This document shows, piece by piece, positions 60,182-64,000 of a stretch of DNA of 64,000 nucleotides. This DNA is from a virus. Each line of letters opens with the position of its first letter. Position 1 is the first letter of the stretch. The notes under the pieces were generated by a model. It worked only from the letters and a program-made list of their open reading frames with translations, made no database searches and was not told the DNA's origin. Location of the stretch: the IMG/VR virus record IMGVR_UViG_3300025084_000006. The stretch is one strand, 5' to 3'. Made by a program: the position numbers and the translations under genes.

Positions 60182-60820
60182 TTATTCATATTGTAAGTAA
60201 TCATATTCTGACACAGATATGTTTGTTATAGAATCATGCATTCCAAATATACCATTTGGTAAAATATTAAATGCAAGAGAATATCTATTTTTATTAGTTC
60301 TGTTAAGAGAAACTTGATGTCCCAAATGACTTGGAAATAATAGTAATGATCTTTTACTAGGTTCAAAAATTACTTCATTTGAATGCTCAGGTGTTATTCT
60401 ATCTACATCCTGATCTAATACAATTTGATTTAATATTGGTTTATGAAATAGTATAGGATTTGTATAATCAGCAAAATATAGACAACCAGACCAAAACGAA
60501 TTGCAATGAGAATGTCTATTCGACATACCACCAGGTGGAGTCATAGTTGACCACGAACCCATTATTTTAAAATCACATGTTCGTTTTACTGTAAGTGTGT
60601 TATACGCAAAATCAGTAAATAAGGACTCAATTGATGTTTTTAGTTCTGGGAAATATTTCCCCAAAACATTACGTTCTTCTGATCGATATGATTTTGCTTC
60701 TGTAGTTTTTTTATAGTAGTCAAGTGCCGCACTTATATCTGCTAATCTAATACAATCGTTTTCTGATAAAAAATTGTCTTGTTTCGCAATAGGTATCGGA
60801 AAAATTCCTAAAGTATCCAT
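60182..60820 (-). CDS. 2OG-Fe(II) oxygenase (TIGR02466-like)
   Basis: IFPIPI, HSHCNSFWSGCLY, LLLFPSHLGHQV, RYSLAFN. Confidence 0.88.
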   Translation of the reverse strand: MDTLGIFPIPIAKQDNFLSENDCIRLADISAALDYYKKTTEAKSYRSEERNVLGKYFPELKTSIESLFTDFAYNTLTVKRTCDFKIMGSWSTMTPPGGMSNRHSHCNSFWSGCLYFADYTNPILFHKPILNQIVLDQDVDRITPEHSNEVIFEPSKRSLLLFPSHLGHQVSLNRTNKNRYSLAFNILPNGIFGMHDSITNISVSEYDYLQYE

Positions 60821-60827
60821 AATTATA

Positions 60828-61064
60828 TCACACCAGTAAACCTTTATCACTCATGTAATGAAGTGTATCGTGCATGTTACCAAGATGCTTAGCACCAATA
60901 GCAACCTGAGGATATGTTGCCCCAGATCCGAACTCTGCTTCAAATGCTCTTTGAGTAAAGTGTTCGTTAAGTTTGTATTCTAGGAATTCACCACCTAATG
61001 ATTTAAGTAGTGAGGTCATACGCTCACACTCTTGACTGCCGTTAGAATAAATTACTGCTTGCAT
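60828..61064 (-). CDS. glutaredoxin-like protein (single Cys)
   Basis: AVIYSNGSQEC...ATYPQVAIGAKHLG. Confidence 0.8.
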   Translation of the reverse strand: MQAVIYSNGSQECERMTSLLKSLGGEFLEYKLNEHFTQRAFEAEFGSGATYPQVAIGAKHLGNMHDTLHYMSDKGLLV

Positions 61065-61255
61065 GGGGGTTCTTTATATGTGATAGTGATTTGTTTATAT
61101 ACTTCATCTCGATTGTCGCTGTTATAAACATTACATCGATCGATTTTAGCATTTAATATATTCACTACATTATCTAGTTGATGTTCAACTATAAACTTTT
61201 TAAATCCATCATCCATCCAACTCTTGTTAGATCCTGGTGCGTTAAAATCATCCAT
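61052..61255 (-). CDS. hypothetical protein
   Basis: 67-aa ORF, coupled. Confidence 0.65.
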   Translation of the reverse strand: MDDFNAPGSNKSWMDDGFKKFIVEHQLDNVVNILNAKIDRCNVYNSDNRDEVYKQITITYKEPPCKQ

Positions 61256-61530
61256 TACTCAATACCTTTGGGAAATTCTTCAATCTCAGTTAATTCATAG
61301 TCCCAGTCTTCCATAACTGTATTGGCATAGAAACGATCAGAAAGCATTTCGATTTCTTTCTCGGCATACTCTCTGGTTTCTGCTTCCAACCAAATATCAA
61401 TCACCTTACCAAGTCTAAGTTTCTTGATATCCAACTCAGACAATCGTCTACTACCATCTCTCACAGCATTACCAGGAGAGTCATCAACTTGTGATCGTAG
61501 TCGGATGAATACTAGTGCTTTAAACTTCAT
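61255..61530 (-). CDS. purS: phosphoribosylformylglycinamidine synthase subunit PurS
   Basis: V.IRLR..V.D..G.AV, LRLGKVIDI, ANTVMEDW. Confidence 0.9.
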   Translation of the reverse strand: MKFKALVFIRLRSQVDDSPGNAVRDGSRRLSELDIKKLRLGKVIDIWLEAETREYAEKEIEMLSDRFYANTVMEDWDYELTEIEEFPKGIE

Positions 61531-61748
61531 TCAAATAATTCCTTCAAATCTTTCGCAAATGTGTCGTTTTTCAATTCCACGGGATCAGGACGTTCTCTAG
61601 CATCAAGTACTTCATTGAAGATCTGCTTCAACTCTTCACGTTCTTCTGGTGTGAAGATTGTGCGAATTTTTACTGGCATAGGTTCATAACTACTTGGTCT
61701 CTTTGATTTACCAGGAAGACTCATGCCTTGTGTGTCAATTTTGTCCAT
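61527..61748 (-). CDS. hypothetical protein
   Basis: Start MDKIDTQGMSLPG; the longer ORF-track version overlaps the glycosylase. Confidence 0.65.
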   Translation of the reverse strand: MDKIDTQGMSLPGKSKRPSSYEPMPVKIRTIFTPEEREELKQIFNEVLDARERPDPVELKNDTFAKDLKELFE

Positions 61749-61752
61749 TATA

Positions 61753-62265
61753 CTATACCCAATCAGGTTTGTTGTGTGGTAGTCGTAGGTAGTTATCAGA
61801 TACCCATGGTTTAGATGCAATGTACATCTTATATGCTTCAATGGTAGAGATACTATCATCGAACTTATACTCCTCAGGCATTGCACGAACAAAAGGAGTG
61901 TGATCATCCCATGATACATCAGGAATGATTTCGTCAGCAGCAAGGAGAGTTTTAAAGCAAGTATGGCATTTGCCATATCGAGTGAAATACTCTTCGCATA
62001 GAGCAATACCATGCTCAAGCAACCATCTAGCATTTGCTACAGATTCGTTTGCCCACTTAGTGCATGGATGATTACGGAATGCTCCCTTCTCTGTAGCATA
62101 AGGTGTGCCGTCTTTCTTAGGCAATGTGCCATAACCATGCCCCCACTTGTCAGAACATACAATAGCAAGCATCTGACAGGTTTCTAAGGGCATCTTGACG
62201 ATGTGCTTGTCTGGTAAGACAGCAGCAGATCTCCAAGGTGATTCATTCGTGACAAAAATATTCAT
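61753..62265 (-). CDS. pyrimidine-dimer DNA glycosylase/endonuclease V-like protein
   Basis: MNIFVT...LPDKHIVKMPLETCQML, NHPCTKWA, LCEEYFTRYGKCH. Confidence 0.8.
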   Translation of the reverse strand: MNIFVTNESPWRSAAVLPDKHIVKMPLETCQMLAIVCSDKWGHGYGTLPKKDGTPYATEKGAFRNHPCTKWANESVANARWLLEHGIALCEEYFTRYGKCHTCFKTLLAADEIIPDVSWDDHTPFVRAMPEEYKFDDSISTIEAYKMYIASKPWVSDNYLRLPHNKPDWV

Positions 62266-62399
62266 TTTTTTGACTTAACCCAACAAGGTTTACATAACGA
62301 ATTTTTATATCTTTTCTCGGATGGGACATAGCATCCAACCTGAGGGCATTGATTCGCTGGTATCATCTTACCACAACCAACGCACTTTGTCTCCCACAT
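62262..62399 (-). CDS. small Cys-rich (zinc-finger-like) protein, 45 aa
   Basis: Manual translation MWETKCVGCGKMIPANQCPQVGC...LCKPCW. Confidence 0.65.
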   Translation of the reverse strand: MWETKCVGCGKMIPANQCPQVGCYVPSEKRYKNSLCKPCWVKSKK

Positions 62400-62401
62400 C
62401 T

Positions 62402-62701
62402 TCATAATGTTCTCTCTAATCTATTTGTTGCTTGATCTGGGAAGTCTCTTGGTCTACTATCAGTAGCATTATCAGTTCTAGGTGAACCTTCGTTCGCCTT
62501 CATTGTATGCTGATAGTTTGGTCTTGGGTATCTAATACAGAATGGATCAGGCATCCAGTATGTTACCTGCCATTCTTGATCAGGACATAACTCAAGATGC
62601 TTCTCTACACTATGAGAAAAGATACCTAGTTGAATATGACCATCATGACTGACACATCTACCATTGCCAATGTCAACCAGGAAAAGCATCTTACTACTCA
62701 T
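62402..62701 (-). CDS. hypothetical protein
   Basis: Start MSSKML; coupled to purM. Confidence 0.7.
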   Translation of the reverse strand: MSSKMLFLVDIGNGRCVSHDGHIQLGIFSHSVEKHLELCPDQEWQVTYWMPDPFCIRYPRPNYQHTMKANEGSPRTDNATDSRPRDFPDQATNRLERTL

Positions 62702-63629
62702 AAACTTTACCAATAACCCAAGATTTCATACCATATGGGGTATCGGCAATGAGAGTCTGGGTCAACGTTGCTACCTCTTCAGGTACAACCAAACAGAATC
62801 CAATACCTAGATTGAATACATTTCTCATTTCCTCCTCAGCAATGTCTCCTGCCTGTTGGAGTTTGTTAAAGATCTCTGGTCTCTCCCATGCATCATAGTT
62901 AACATCAACTTTCATCGAAGCGGGAAGGCATCTAGGAAGGTTCTCAGGGATGCCACCACCAGTAATGTGTGCCATGCCTAGGATAGGAACCTCATCTAAC
63001 AGGTGCTGTACCAGTGGAGAATAGATGGTGGTTGGTGTTAGCAACTCAGGCATCTCTTTGTAGAAAATGTAATTTCTCCACAGCATATCATTGACAAGAG
63101 TGTATCCATTACTATGAAGACCACTACTCTCAATACCAATGACTACATCACCTGGTCTAATATTCTGACCATCAACAACCTCATTCTTCTCTACAACACC
63201 AGTACAGAAACCAGCAAGGTCATAGTCAGTTGCTCTGTAATGTTCTGCAGTTTCTCCACCGAGGAGATCCATTCCAGAGAGTCCACATCCAGTAACAACT
63301 CCATACACAATGTCACTGACATTAGCATCAAGTGATTTGGTAGAGATATAGTCTAGAAAGTATAGTGGTTTAGCACCACTGCAGATCACATCGTTGACAC
63401 ACATGGCAACCAAATCGATACCGATAGTAGTATAATCAGCAGCAATTCTACAAATGTTAATCTTAGTACCCACACCATCAGCACCAGATACAAGTACAGG
63501 TTGATCATATCCTGGCGGGACATGAATCATTCCATTAAACCCACCAATTCTAGGTGCCAATACTTTGAGATACTCTGTAAAGGATCGTCCTTTAATAATG
63601 TCAACGCCAGAAGTTTTATAGTCCATCAT
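62694..63629 (-). CDS. purM: phosphoribosylaminoimidazole synthetase
   Basis: DGVGTK, GIDLVAMCVND, PLYFLDY, GGETAE, SSGLHSNGY, AHITGGG, FNLGIG. Confidence 0.97.
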   Translation of the reverse strand: MMDYKTSGVDIIKGRSFTEYLKVLAPRIGGFNGMIHVPPGYDQPVLVSGADGVGTKINICRIAADYTTIGIDLVAMCVNDVICSGAKPLYFLDYISTKSLDANVSDIVYGVVTGCGLSGMDLLGGETAEHYRATDYDLAGFCTGVVEKNEVVDGQNIRPGDVVIGIESSGLHSNGYTLVNDMLWRNYIFYKEMPELLTPTTIYSPLVQHLLDEVPILGMAHITGGGIPENLPRCLPASMKVDVNYDAWERPEIFNKLQQAGDIAEEEMRNVFNLGIGFCLVVPEEVATLTQTLIADTPYGMKSWVIGKVYE

Positions 63630-63826
63630 TGATTTTTAACATCCGTAAGTGAGTCAAGTGAGTCAAGAAGTTCGTCATAAGATCCGATACTCTCAATGTC
63701 ACCAATCAACTTGGAAATTTGGGTACAAGCAATGGGACGTTCTTGTCTAGCAGCAAATGCTAGAGCATTACGTAGTGATGATTCTGCTTCATTGAGCGAG
63801 TCTTGAACTGATTTTGATAGTGCCAT
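63626..63826 (-). CDS. conserved cyanophage hypothetical protein
   Basis: MALSKSVQDSLNEAESSLRNALAFAARQERP. Confidence 0.75.
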   Translation of the reverse strand: MALSKSVQDSLNEAESSLRNALAFAARQERPIACTQISKLIGDIESIGSYDELLDSLDSLTDVKNQ

Positions 63827-64000
63827 TAGTCTCTTCCTAAACGAATGTATAATGTAATGAGTGATTGTGAGATAAGGTCACAAGAATAGGTGAATCCAAT
63901 CTTACCTTCCTTGTCCCAATGCTCTCTTTGACTTTTGAGAAGTGTAGAGAACTCTTTGATCTTAGTTCTCATCTCATCTTTTGATAACTTATCCAATGAT
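63826..64000 (-). CDS. hypothetical protein (3' part only)
   Basis: Open frame ...DKLSKDEMRTKIKEF...YIRLGRD* entering from the window edge. Confidence 0.55.
   Translation of the reverse strand, partial: SLDKLSKDEMRTKIKEFSTLLKSQREHWDKEGKIGFTYSCDLISQSLITLYIRLGRD

Noticed and set aside
61749-62033. N-terminal extension of the 168-aa ORF
   Set aside because: It overlaps the glycosylase in another frame; a better start (MDKIDT) lies at 61748.
1549-63335. Plus-strand ORFs in the track (e.g. 17295-17642, 27379-27984, 29180-29656, 59643-60050)
   Set aside because: They are antisense shadows of well-supported minus-strand genes and have no recognisable motifs.
61255-63629. purM and purS as a novelty
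   Set aside because: These are well-known cyanophage auxiliary metabolic genes.

Overview
This is a 64 kb segment of a T4-like marine cyanophage (cyanomyovirus), with essentially all real genes on the minus strand. In transcription order (right to left) it has four blocks. (1) 64.0-58.6 kb: auxiliary metabolic and accessory genes (purM, purS, DenV-like glycosylase, glutaredoxin, CpeT bilin lyase, 2OG-Fe(II) oxygenases), a putative structured RNA and tRNA-Asn. (2) 58.5-30.5 kb: a late tail-fibre module (4356-aa fibre, three tail-collar proteins, three paralogous tip/adhesin proteins, an assembly chaperone, three 2OG-Fe(II) oxygenases). (3) 30.5-18.2 kb: an early/host-takeover region of small ORFs with sigma70-like promoters carrying a repeated upstream palindrome, an SF2 helicase, a GIY-YIG endonuclease plus adenine methyltransferase pair, and a candidate origin with DnaA-box-like 9-mers and an AT-rich tract. 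(4) 18.1-0 kb: the baseplate block (PAAR, gp25, gp6, gp7, gp8, DUF4815/VrlC-like). The most striking observation is that the giant fibre carries five helical repeats resembling the bilin-binding Cys84 region of phycobiliproteins, and its gene lies about 0.8 kb from the phage bilin lyase gene cpeT. All calls come from reading motifs by eye; no database searches were run.
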